Of a stretch of DNA of 64,000 nucleotides, positions 43,388 through 55,511 are shown one piece after another; within the stretch, counting starts at the first letter, position 1, and each line of letters begins with the position of its first letter. The notes beneath the pieces are model-generated. The model was not told the origin of the DNA, did not search any database, and was given only the letters and a program-made list of their open reading frames with translations. The translations under genes were made by a program, and so were the position numbers. Source of the DNA: Octopus vulgaris (Eukaryota); contig OX597814.1 in NCBI GenBank assembly GCA_951406725.2, forward strand, positions 49,786,001 through 49,850,000. The letters are read 5' to 3'.

Positions 43388-43810
43388 TACTCTTTACTCT
43401 TTTACTTGCTTCAATCATTTGACCATGCTGGAGCACCACCTTTAGTCAAGCAAATCGACTCCAGGACTTATTCTTTGTAAGCCTAGTACTTATTCTATCG
43501 GTTTGTCGAACCGCTAAGTTACGGGGACGCAAACACACCACCATCGGTTGTCAAGCGATGTTGGTGGGGGACAAACACAGACACAGAAACACACACACAC
43601 ACACACACACACAGATACACATACGTATATATATATATATGTACATATATAAGACGAGCTTCTTTCAGTTTCCAAATGCACTAACAAAGCTTTGGTTGGC
43701 TCGAAGTTATAGTAGAAGACACTTGCCCAAGGTGTCACGCAGTGGGACTGAACCCGGAACCATATGGTTGGTATGCAAGCTACTTACCACGCAGCCATTT
43801 CTGCGCCTAG
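43388..43810 (-). mobile_element. SINE family B
   Basis: Same structure as 23468-23818. Confidence 0.85.
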
Positions 43811-44029
43811 CTACTTACCACACAGCCACTCATTTTCCTTACACCTCTAATTGTCAGCGTTCGATATATGCTCGACCGCAGTTTTTCCTGCGGACTTTTC
43901 TGCTTCTGGACTACCTCAGTCGGAGTAAAAAGTTTGAGATTTAGAATTCGATCCTTCCGTGCAATACATTGTTACTATACATGTGTGAGCATGCATCTAT
44001 GTATGCATATATATATGTATGCATATATA

Positions 44030-44115
<86 letters not shown>

Positions 44116-44235
44116 GACCACTCCGTCGGTTACGAAGGTCCCAGCTGATACGATCAGCGGAACACCTTGCTCGTGAAATTAACGTGCAAGTAGTTGAGCA
44201 CTTCACAGACACGTGTACCCTTAACGTGTGATAAA

Positions 44236-44302
<67 letters not shown>

Positions 44303-44560
44303 TACATATATATATGCATACATAGATGCATGCTCACACATGTATAGTAACAATGTATTGCACGGAAGGATCGAATTCTGAATCTCAAACTTTTTACTCC
44401 GACTGAGGTAGTCTAGAAGCAGAAAAGTCCGCAGGAAAAACTGCGGTCGAGCATGTATCGAACGGTGACAATTAGAGGTGTAAGGAAAATGAGTGGCTGT
44501 GTAGTAAGCAGCTAGGCGCAGAAATGGCTGCGTGGTAAGTAGCTTGCTTACCAACCATAT
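43761..44560. repeat. Long inverted repeat (arms ~43761-44030 and ~44290-44560)
   Basis: The arms are reverse complements with about 7 mismatches counted by eye. The spacer is (TA)n, a SINE tail fragment, then (TA)n. Confidence 0.95.
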
Positions 44561-46049
44561 ATATATATATATATACATACATACATGTATGTATGTAAGT
44601 ATCTCTATATGTGTGTGAGTGTATTTATATATGTATGCATGTATATTTCAAACATTTTCAATTCAGTTTTCCATTTCGAAACTTATTTATTCTATTAGCT
44701 ATTTTATGTTTTATCAAACCCCGATGAAATCACTGGGGTTTTTAAAGTTTTGTTTCTCCCAAAATAGAAAAAAAAAATAAAAAGAAAGAAAAAAAAACCT
44801 GATGAGCGAAACTTCTAATGTTAACTCATTATTGGTCAAACTGTAATGATGAAACCAATCTTATTACCACCATTGTCGTGGTTAAGAATCGTCGTGGTCG
44901 TTGTCATTGTTAGTGTTGCTATTGCGATTGTTATTAAGGATGTTCTTGGGAGGATATCATTGTTGTTGATGTTGACTTTCTGATGGTTCCTTTTCAGTTT
45001 TTCGTTGTTAATTCCTTGCACCGCGCAGCAGTAATTTAGCATTAATATTTTTTTTTCTTTTTCAGAGTTTTAGCCTTCGGCTATTCCACTGGCTTCCCCA
45101 CACTACATCTTTCGTTTCTTTTATTCCGTTCACTCTCTCTCCCTCTGTGTGTGCATGTATACATACGAAGATACACAAAGACACACAGACACACACATAC
45201 ACACACATATACACATGTATATATTTGTGTGTGTGTGTGTGAAACTGCCTTCAAGCGTTTGATCCCCAAGCTTGTTTACTGATCATCTCAATATTTCTAA
45301 ACCAGATTGTATGACGACACTTTTTTTAGTTGAAACCAACAAATACACGAATAAACAAATGTAGAAATAAACCAAAAATAAAGAAAACTCCACATAAACC
45401 AAATCGGTTTGATTTCTAATTTCGATGTTTTCTCTATCTAATGAGAGATTACCGAACAACGTTGATTTTGATATGGTATTTCTCAAATATACATAGAAGT
45501 TTGTTCTACGTGCGAAAAAAAAAAGAAAAAAGAAAATGCATATATGCATAAACCCCACTTCCTTGAGAATTATGCTTTTGTATATATTCCTACCTAAACA
45601 CACACAAGCATGTATATACATTTTTATATATACTCGCATACACAAAAAGTACACACACATGTATACACTTATATATATATTCACTTATATATGTATGTGT
45701 GTATGCGTGTATGCTTATATATATGCATACATAAACATATGTATGGCCTGGAAAGGACATTTTATGTTTTTGCTATATATATATATATATATATATATAT
45801 AGGTAGAATTATAAATATATATAAATATATAAAGCAGGTGTAAACGAAGTACGATCATTGCTAGAAAAAGCAGCCGGTAAGTTTACAGCGCTATGTAGAG
45901 CTTCACTGAATATTTACAGGCAGAGAGATGTGTGCGGCGTTGAATATGGGAAAATTCAGTCTTACCTCTTCGGAGACCGTTAGAGGAATAAGCGATAACT
46001 CAATACTGCAGTTTCGTATATATATATATATATATATATAAAGAAAATC

Positions 46050-46272
46050 AAATGTCCCTCCCGAGCCATAGACTCATAAGGCGTAAACATTCCATTCTGC
46101 CGCTGGACGGAAAGCCGGTCCGTCGCAGGAATACTAATTTTTGCCAGCTGAGTGGACTGGAGCAACGTGAAATAACGTGTCTTGCTCAAGAACTCAACGT
46201 GTCGCCCGGTCCAAGAATTGAAACCAGAATCTTATGCCATGAGTGCAGCACCCTACCTACTAAACCACGCAT
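46050..46272 (-). mobile_element. tRNA-derived SINE (family A)
   Basis: CAGCTGAGTGGACTGGAGCAACGTGAAATAACGTGTCTTGCTCAAG matches 30-90 and 36775-36830. Confidence 0.8.
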
Positions 46273-46282
46273 ATCCATCATA

Positions 46283-46342
<60 letters not shown>

Positions 46343-46409
46343 TAAGACTCATTTTCAGACTATGTAGGTATGCACCTGTGGAAATATCAAGAAACATCGA
46401 AAATTATCT

Positions 46410-46679
46410 TGAAGTCTATAAATGTTTTGGATACTTTATTAGCCGGTTTCATAATTTCAAGATTTTCAAAAGTTATGTGAGATCAGAGACTCGGAGTTAT
46501 GCTGTATTTGTCTCCCTTCTGACCAGAGATTGAAAATTTGTTCCTTCTTATAGAAAGATATGACTCATATGAGTTACTGTTTGGCTGAAGTTGGTCGCGA
46601 GGTCCGAGAATTAAGCGACTATATGAATGATAACTGTGCCAAAAGTTGCAGCTGTGTTAGTGTAGTTAAATACATACAT

Positions 46680-46749
<70 letters not shown>

Positions 46750-47100
46750 TAAGACACACTTTCAGATTATGTAGGTATGCACATGTGGAAACATCAAGAA
46801 ACATCGAAACCTTCCCTATATTCTTATAAACGGCTGTGATAATGGCATCACTCATGGCTTGCGGCACAACTCCGTCTGGTCAGCACTAGAATAGGACTTC
46901 ATAAAATGGAAGTTGTCTTGCAATGATTGACCAAACCAAGAGAGCTCTGTCTCTACATCAGATCTTCTCTGAAGCAAGGCAGTGGAAAGCCATGCTGTGT
47001 TCTCCTAACGATGGCTCCGTGTTCATGGTAAGCATACGAGTGGCACGTACACAATGGCGCTTTGTGACTAATAAGAGAAAACTGCAAAACATATATCTAA
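46410..47100 (-). mobile_element. Highly decayed RTE-type RT fragment
   Basis: GVVPQAMSDAIITAVYKNIGKVS resembles the RTE motif G.VPQDMRDA.I.TLYKNKGDRS. Confidence 0.5.
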
Positions 47101-47522
47101 TGCATCGGAAATTGAAACTGAGCCACTTAGCACTAATACTTTATATATCTTCTCCATTAATAAAATATTACTATTACAACACCCGAATTCTATTTACTAC
47201 TCATTTGCTTAATTTTCTATACAAAGCAGCGCACGATGTGATTTGAACTCAGGGTGTATAGATGCGGGATAATTCTAATGCTATATCGGTTCTCCAGGTG
47301 CCCGCCTATACATGTAGCCGTACGTGGCTTAACAGCAATTTATTTTTAGCATGTTACTAGTAAACTCACACTAAGAGTGTGCATATGACCAATTTTGGGA
47401 TAGTACACCACAAATCACTCGAGAATCGAGGACGAGATGTTTCAAGTAGTGACTAACACAAACTCAGCTTTGAATCAACATTATCATTTTCTGTTCTTTC
47501 ACTTTATTGTAATGCTATTATG

Positions 47523-47575
<53 letters not shown>

Positions 47576-48739
47576 GCACACATTCACATGCAATACCACA
47601 CACATACAAACACGCATTTGTATGTGTGTGGTTTAAAATTTTGTGTTTCGTACAAAGAAACAAGCATTCAATGCATTTAGAAGAGTTGAGATGATTTATT
47701 TATTGAAATTGAACATTTTATGTGACCAGCACTCAAAACTTCGTGCATACCAGGTGTTGTTCAAATCACATTTCGAAAGCAGAAATGCAATTTGAATTAT
47801 AGCTACAAAGACGTTCAAATTTAAAGGGGCACGCGTCCTCAAACACGCATACACAGATGCATTAACATACAAGCATATACTCACAAACATTAATATATAT
47901 GCATATAGACATTAATATGATATATATGCGTACACATGTACACATTCACACAAATGTGCCTTCAATATGTCACACATACATGTTGCTGCTTAAGTACACT
48001 GCACAGTTAACAACTGTACTTAGTTCATTATAATGTAGTCACCTTCGTAGGAAATTCGCGTTTGTTTCTGAAAGAAAATGAAAGCAAAACATAAAAAATA
48101 TAACAAATGTGTTTTTCATCACTGGAAGCAAGCAAATGAAAAGGGGGAAAAGAATAGGATTTAAACAAGTGCCAGAGGATGGATAGTAACAAAAGTTTCT
48201 TGACCTCGTAACAATTTCTTTAAAGTGCTTGAGACATTTTGAGCGAAGCACATTTATACTCATAGGTATAAATGCTGTTCATCGCTTGCTTTGTGGAAGG
48301 GAGAACTTGAAGTGAAAAAATTGTGCTTCTCAGTTTATTACTTGATTAAACGCTATTGCTTAATATAAATCTAAGAATGAGGCAATCTATTTACTAAGCA
48401 ATCAACAAACGAACATAAAAACTATCTCTCGACTAAATTTATTAAAATTTTCAACATGAGAAATCTTAAGAAAAAAAAAAACAACAACCAATAGATACGC
48501 TCCAAACACCAAAGTGGAATAAAAACGGATCCAATGGTATGAATTTTGATATTTCAGACAGGTGGTCATTTATGGGATCGTATACGAAAAAAAAAAAAAA
48601 AACACGTTAATGAACTGAGAGTTTCCTTTTAGTCGGGGTAAATAAAAAAAAAACGTTAACCTAGCGGCAATTGTTAACAACTGGAAGCGACTCTCAAAGA
48701 AAAAGCGGAAATAATTCCTTGCTTGTGGTCAAATCTGGT

Positions 48740-49360
48740 CTCTATTCGTAGGTACAGAGACAGCTATGGACATGCTTTGGTCTCATTAGATCTTACCAAC
48801 AAAGCATAGAGATCTTGAAACTACCAGATCAGAAAGAGTGATATGATTTGGCAAGACGTTACGAGCAACAATAATTTGCATTTAAATATATAAAGAAATA
48901 AAAACCCTACAGATAAAACCCTACAAATAAAGACCCTATAAATAAATGGAGACTGTAGAGAAATGATTCCAGTGGACTAATGGCATATATTTAAACATTT
49001 CAGGCAGGTGGTGATATATTAAATGACGTATGTAAAAGATCTTAGTGATTTGAAATTTGCCTCTTCGTGGGAGAAAGGTTCCTCACCCAAATACATTGGC
49101 ATTTAGTTGCAACTCCACCAAAAGTGGAGATATTACTTCACCGAAAAGACCTAATAGGAAGGATTATATGCATGTAGCTGTCACCGTTCCTGTCCACTAA
49201 ATTTTTTCATAATTATTTTCTGTGAAATTAAAACTTAATTTCACACAAAGTATTGAACAATTAGGGCAAAATCTTAGTAAACTGGAACGATGACAGCTAT
49301 GCGCACATATCTTTCTTACTAGGCCTTATCCACGTAGTCACTCTGAATTTGCTAGACCGG

Positions 49361-49431
<71 letters not shown>

Positions 49432-49485
49432 TATATTTATATTTATATGTATATATATATATATGTATATATGTATATATGTATA

Positions 49486-49542
<57 letters not shown>

Positions 49543-50729
49543 ATATATATGCATATAACTTAGAATAACTTAGAAAGGTTTTTGGCCAGTATTGGCCCAG
49601 GCCATGTCTAACTTAATAGCACCACCTGGCGAAGTCTTTCAGTTCAGGATTTGGGCACCAAGGCCCATTCGAGCAGAGAGTTATTGTTTGCGGAGACATA
49701 TCCGGGTGTGGGTGGTTTGTCCGGTACTGTTTGAAGGAATTTGTCCAAAGACTTCTTGAATTTTGTGTGGTCAGTTTCTTTTTTGACGTGTCCTGGTGTA
49801 ATGTTGAAGAGAGCAGGTCCAAATGAGGTGAAATAGTTGTGCCGTATTGTCGTTATGTGATGCGATTTAGATTTTTGTTGTGGACGGATGGCACGTGGTC
49901 CAAGCCTTGGATGCATTTTGAAGGTGATGCCAACATCATTCGGACAGTGCTGATGGAATATTTTCCACATCATACAGATAATGTAGCGTTCACGGCGTCG
50001 TTGGAGTGAATACAATTTCAGCTTCTCTAGTCTACCCCAGTAGTCAAGGTCTGACATGCCATCTATCTTTTTTTTTGTGATTGACCTTTGGGGAGCTTCA
50101 ATTCTCATAATATTTTGTTTTGTGTAGGGAGACCACAGTGGACAGCAGTATCTGGTGGGGTCGGGCTCTATTCGTAGGTACAGAGACAGCTATGGACAGG
50201 ATAGATCTTACCAACAAAGCATAGAGATCTTGAAACTACCAGATCTGGCAAGACGTTACGAGCAACAATAATTTGCATTTAAATATATAAAGGATAAAAC
50301 CCTACAAATAAAGACCCTATAAATAAATGAGATGATTCCAGTGGACTAATGGCATATATTTAAACATTTCAGGCAGGTGGTGATATATTAAATGACGTAT
50401 GTAAAAGATCTTAGTGATTTGAAATTTGCCTCTTCGTGGGAGAAAGGTTCCTCACCCAAATACATTGGCATTTAGTTGCAACTCCACCAAAAGTGGAGAT
50501 ATTACTTCACCGAAAAGACCTAATAGGAAGGATTATATGCATGTAGCTGTCACCGTTCCTGTCCACTAAATTTTTTCATAATTATTTTCTGTGAAATTAA
50601 AACTTAATTTCACACAAAGTATTGAACAATTAGGGCAAAATCTTAGTAAACTGGAACGATGACAGCTATGCGCACATATCTTTCTTACTAGGCCTTATCC
50701 ACGTAGTCACTCTGAATTTGCTAGACCGG

Positions 50730-50806
<77 letters not shown>

Positions 50807-50866
50807 TATATTTATATTTATATGTATATATATATATATGTATATATGTATATATGTATATATATG

Positions 50867-50911
<45 letters not shown>

Positions 50912-51540
50912 CATGTATATATATATGCATATAACTTAGAATAACTTAGAAAGGTTTTTGGCCAGTATTGGCCCAGGCCATGTCTAACTTAATAGCACCA
51001 CCTGGCGAAGTCTTTCAGTTCAGGATTTGGGCACCAAGGCCCATTCGAGCAGAGAGTTATTGTTTGCGGAGACATATCCGGGTGTGGGTGGTTTGTCCGG
51101 TACTGTTTGAAGGAATTTGTCCAAAGACTTCTTGAATTTTGTGTGGTCAGTTTCTTTTTTGACGTGTCCTGGTGTAATGTTGAAGAGAGCAGGTCCAAAT
51201 GAGGTGAAATAGTTGTGCCGTATTGTCGTTATGTGATGCGATTTAGATTTTTGTTGTGGACGGATGGCACGTGGTCCAAGCCTTGGATGCATTTTGAAGG
51301 TGATGCCAACATCATTCGGACAGTGCTGATGGAATATTTTCCACATCATACAGATAATGTAGCGTTCACGGCGTCGTTGGAGTGAATACAATTTCAGCTT
51401 CTCTAGTCTACCCCAGTAGTCAAGGTCTGACATGCCATCTATCTTTTTTGTGATTGACCTTTGGGGAGCTTCAATTCTCATAATATTTTGTTTTGTGTAG
51501 GGAGACCACAGTGGACAGCAGTATTCAAGGTGGGGTCGGG
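48740..51540. repeat. ~1.4-kb tandem duplication (flank, (TA)n and LINE 3' end)
   Basis: 48740-50165 is repeated at 50166-51540, nearly identical except for deletions near the junction. Confidence 0.95.
49555..50165 (-). mobile_element. Duplicate 3' ~600 bp of the adjacent CR1-group LINE
   Basis: ORF 49644-50108 is identical to the ORF2 C-terminus except for one extra Lys codon in a homopolymer run. Confidence 0.9.
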
Positions 51541-54037
51541 CAAAAGTGGAGAAGAGAAGGATAATAGCGTGGGAATCTCTCGACTGGAAGGTTCTGAGAA
51601 TCCAGGAACACATTCTGCGGGCCATGTCAACTTTGCTGCTTATATGTGTAGCCCAGCTTATGTTGTTGTCCACTGTTACTCCCAGGTCTCTGATGTTGTT
51701 GGATGCCATGAGAATTTCTCCAGAAGGAAGAGAGTATGGGAGTTTCAGAGCGTCCTCCCTTCCAAAGTGGATCAGTTCGAATTTGTCTTCATTTAGCAAC
51801 ATGTTATTCTTTTCTGCCCATTGGACAACAGCCAGTAGGTCTGACTGAAGGTTTATTCGGTCATCCACGCCATTGATGACCTTCTGGAGCTTGGAATCAT
51901 CAGCGAAGGTTCTGATGTTGCTGTGTTTGATGGTGTCAGTAATATCATTTATGTAGATGATGAAGAGAAGTGGGCCCAACACAGTGCCTTGTGGGACACC
52001 ACTGCTGACTTTGGCTGGGCTGGATTTGACTCCCTCGACTACAACATGTTGGGTTCTGTTAGAGAGGAAGCACTTGATCCATTGCAGCAGCTTTCCAGTG
52101 ACACCAATATTGGACAGCTTTCTCAGAAGGATCTTATGATCAACCCTGTCAAAGGCCTTGCTGAAATCAAGGTAGATGACATCAGTGTTGGAACCCTCTC
52201 CCAAGGCTCTCAAAATGTCATCAAAATGATGCAGTAGCTGCGTCAGGCAATCTCTCCCATTACGGAATCCATGCTGGTTGGGGTTCAGCATATTATGACT
52301 CTCAAGGAAGTGAGTCATACGCGATCTCAGCACCCTCTCAAATACCTTGATGATATGAGAGGTGAGTGAGATTGGACGGTAATTCACGGCAAACGATTTG
52401 TTTCCTTTTTTGAAAACTGGGACAACAGACTGGGATAGAAGGTCTTCTGGTATATATCCAGCATCCAGTGAGTTCCGCCACAGATTGGTTAGAGGGGGTG
52501 CAAGTTGGTTTTGACACATCTTCAAGACACAAGCAGGGAACCTATCGGGACCTACTGCTGAATTATGCTTCATTTCCTTTATTGCTGCTAAGACATCAGG
52601 AGCGCCAAATGTTATGTCCGATAAAGTGTATTGGGGAGTAACATCACTGATACAGCCCAGATCAGTCATATCAGGATTGCTGAAAACAGAGCAATATTGT
52701 TTCTGCAATATTTCTCCCATGGTTTTGGCATTGTCTTGAAGAGTACCATTTTCATCAATCAGAGGGCCAACAGTAGAACCAGTGACTCTGTGTTTTTTTG
52801 CAAATGAAAAGAACACTTTGGGATTGAGTTTGATCTTCTCAATGGCCCAGGCCTCTTCAGCTCTTCGCTGACTATTGATGATAGACATCATGTTGTTTTG
52901 GAGTTTATGTTTTTTAATCTCTAGCGACGAGATGGCAGTCAGGTTGGTGTGTTGCTGTTGACAGTATTTCAGCATGTTGATCTTTTTGTTGATTCTTTTA
53001 ATTTTCCTTATGAGAGATTTTCTATTTCTAGGGATTCGACACTTAGATTTGTTTGCAGATCTTAATGGGGTGTGTCTTGCACATATGTTCGTGATGGTGT
53101 CTACAAGTGACTGCCAGGACTTTTTGATGTTAGTGGGTGTGTATGTGTGCGTGAAGGACCAATCGACTTGTGCAAGATCATTATTGATCGCTTCCCAGTT
53201 TGCATTGTGGAAATCCATAGTGTCAAATGGATGAACAGGAGGAATGACATTTGTTTTGCATTTTGGCCAGTGAAATCTCAGATCACAGAGAACCATGTCA
53301 TGGTCGGAGAGTAGGGTTTTCTCCACTGCAATATTGTGGATAGTATCAGTGTGATTGCTGAAAATTAAGTCTAAGACGTTTTTGTGACATCTCGTTGGTT
53401 CGAGTACCAGTTGGGACAAGAAGAAGTCATCCATGAAGTCAAGAAGCGATTCCACTGCCTCCCTGTCAGGGGTTGAGAGAGAAGAACCTGGCGGCAGACT
53501 GTTTGTAGACCAGTCAACCCCGGGAAGGTTGAAATCTCCCATCATTAAAATGTTGTCAGGTTGACACTGCTGAATGAAACACTTTATGCTGTTGAGGCAT
53601 TCCTTGAAGCATGGTAGGGGCGTTTGGGGTGGTCTGTAGAGCCCAACTACTGTTAAGTTGTTGGTTTGACTGAATACAGCGACTGCTTCGCAGTATCCAT
53701 TCGAAAATATGTTCATGGCTTCTGTTGAGAATGAATCATGGACATAAATGGCAGTCCCACCCTTTCTTCTGCCAACACGATCAGCACGAATGGTTTTGAA
53801 ATTTTTAACTTTCACCTCGGCTTCCAAGTGGAGGTCACTAAGATGGGTTTCAGTGAGGACGAAGAAAGGGATGTGGTTTGGATGGGCCTCGACCCAGTCC
53901 TCCAGGAATCTTATCTTCCATTTTTGTGTATTGGTGGAAGGGCTGATGCCTTGGGCATTAAGCAGAAATGTTGAGGCGAGAGTGGATGGTTTTAATTGTT
54001 TTGGTGATTTGTTTATTTGATTGCTTTTTAATGGCAT
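51020..54037 (-). CDS. LINE ORF2: apurinic-like endonuclease plus reverse transcriptase (1005 aa)
   Basis: APE motifs LNAQG, LTETHL, GLYRPP, MGDFN, LDLIF and SDH. RT motifs YRPISLTS, YLDFSKAFDRV, GVPQGTVLGP, FADD, RDLGV and RPHLEYCCPLWSPY. No stops. Confidence 0.97.
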   Translation of the reverse strand: MPLKSNQINKSPKQLKPSTLASTFLLNAQGISPSTNTQKWKIRFLEDWVEAHPNHIPFFVLTETHLSDLHLEAEVKVKNFKTIRADRVGRRKGGTAIYVHDSFSTEAMNIFSNGYCEAVAVFSQTNNLTVVGLYRPPQTPLPCFKECLNSIKCFIQQCQPDNILMMGDFNLPGVDWSTNSLPPGSSLSTPDREAVESLLDFMDDFFLSQLVLEPTRCHKNVLDLIFSNHTDTIHNIAVEKTLLSDHDMVLCDLRFHWPKCKTNVIPPVHPFDTMDFHNANWEAINNDLAQVDWSFTHTYTPTNIKKSWQSLVDTITNICARHTPLRSANKSKCRIPRNRKSLIRKIKRINKKINMLKYCQQQHTNLTAISSLEIKKHKLQNNMMSIINSQRRAEEAWAIEKIKLNPKVFFSFAKKHRVTGSTVGPLIDENGTLQDNAKTMGEILQKQYCSVFSNPDMTDLGCISDVTPQYTLSDITFGAPDVLAAIKEMKHNSAVGPDRFPACVLKMCQNQLAPPLTNLWRNSLDAGYIPEDLLSQSVVPVFKKGNKSFAVNYRPISLTSHIIKVFERVLRSRMTHFLESHNMLNPNQHGFRNGRDCLTQLLHHFDDILRALGEGSNTDVIYLDFSKAFDRVDHKILLRKLSNIGVTGKLLQWIKCFLSNRTQHVVVEGVKSSPAKVSSGVPQGTVLGPLLFIIYINDITDTIKHSNIRTFADDSKLQKVINGVDDRINLQSDLLAVVQWAEKNNMLLNEDKFELIHFGREDALKLPYSLPSGEILMASNNIRDLGVTVDNNISWATHISSKVDMARRMCSWILRTFQSRDSHAIILLFSTFARPHLEYCCPLWSPYTKQNIMRIEAPQRSITKKIDGMSDLDYWGRLEKLKLYSLQRRRERYIICMMWKIFHQHCPNDVGITFKMHPRLGPRAIRPQQKSKSHHITTIRHNYFTSFGPALFNITPGHVKKETDHTKFKKSLDKFLQTVPDKPPTPGYVSANNNSLLEWALVPKS

Positions 54038-55192
54038 GTGTAGTGGGGTAATAGTGGTGGATGGCGGTGGGTGATAGCTCGGATGTTTTTTTCCAGTTCT
54101 TTTGCTAGATTCATTATAGCTAAAAAAGAGGAAGAAGAGGTGGTTTCCTGTCTAGGGAACCGCAGGTGACTGTGGCCGCGGCTATTTTTATGTGAGTGGT
54201 TATCTTTAAATGTCCGACGAGTCCCCGGGAGATGGGTAAAGGGGCAATCCCTGTGCAAACACAATCTGTCTCGCTGGGAATAGCGGCAGATTTGGGGATT
54301 CCTTGTTTGAGATATTGGTGGTTGTGGTGATGTTGTATTATGGTGGTTGCTGTTGTAGTTTGTGGGGATAGAGCGTTTTGTTCCAGGTAAATGGGTGAAT
54401 TTGCAGTCTCTATCAGTGCACAGTCTATGGCGAAGAGAATATCGGCAAATGATGGGGTTTCGAGTGGGTGTGTAGGTGCGTGTGTGTGTGTGAGCTGTGA
54501 AAGGTGTAGATGATAGTTTGTTGAAGTTTTGGCGACCTTTGTGACCTGTAGGAGGTAAATTCCTTGAGATAGCATTAGTAGTAGTAGCTGTAGTAGTAGT
54601 AGTAGTAGGTAGAAGAGATGTTGACAGTGGTAATGATTGAGGAGGTCGATTCCAAGACAAAGATGTTTGTCGATATATAGTGGGAGTAGTACTAGTAGTA
54701 GTAAGCAGAGGAGATGGTGTTGACAATGATGATGATTGAGCTGCTGGGGCAGTGAAAGGAAGGGGTGGTGCTTCCTGCTGTGTGACCCTGATGACTGGGG
54801 GGTCAATCGTTTCATTTAGCAAATCGGCCATTGTAGATGAATCAAGGAGTGGTTCATCCTGTTGTTGTTGTTGCCTCTGAGGTTGTTGCTGCTGAAGTTG
54901 TTGTTGTTGCTGTAGCTGTTGTTGTTGTTGTTGAGGTTGTTGTTGTTGTTGCTGCGCCGGTGATGCGTTCGAAGAGAAAACACATCTCAGTTTATCGAAG
55001 TGTTTATTTATTAATTTAAAAGCAACTTCGATTTGTTTTAATTTATTTTGTATCTGCTGTTCAGATCGAGTTTGCAAATGGTGAACTGTTCGTTTAGCAA
55101 TTTCGTTCAGACACGAAGCACCTATGCTCTCTGTTTCGGTAAGGCCATGCCATGTGTTGATAAGAACGTCGACGTTGATAAGAACGTCGAAC

Positions 55193-55193
<1 letters not shown>
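54028..55193 (-). CDS. LINE ORF1 (polyQ, T/P-rich, two CCCH zinc fingers), probably 5'-truncated
   Basis: The listed start at 55077 is TTG, and the frame stays open up to the (TA)n at ~55193. It carries two C-x8-C-x4-C-x3-H motifs. The stop at 54028-54030 overlaps the ORF2 start region by 10 nt. Confidence 0.85.

Positions 55194-55511
<318 letters not shown>

Larger units (their letters stand above)
50931..55193 (-). mobile_element. Young near-full-length CR1-group LINE inserted in (TA)n
   Basis: ORF1 plus an intact ORF2, a short 3' UTR ending in (TTCTAAGTTA)x2, and (TA)n tracts on both sides. Confidence 0.95.

Noticed and set aside
44798-44815. CTGATGAGCGAAAC, with both hammerhead core boxes adjacent
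   Set aside because: There is no stem II and no convincing stem I or III pairing or Penelope context. Probably chance.
45045-45100. Plus-strand splice acceptor TTTTTTCTTTTTCAG
   Set aside because: No matching donor or coding frame. Such motifs are common in AT-rich DNA.
51461-54815. Antisense and alternative-frame ORFs within the LINE
   Set aside because: They are short shadow ORFs of ORF1 and ORF2 with no recognisable motifs.
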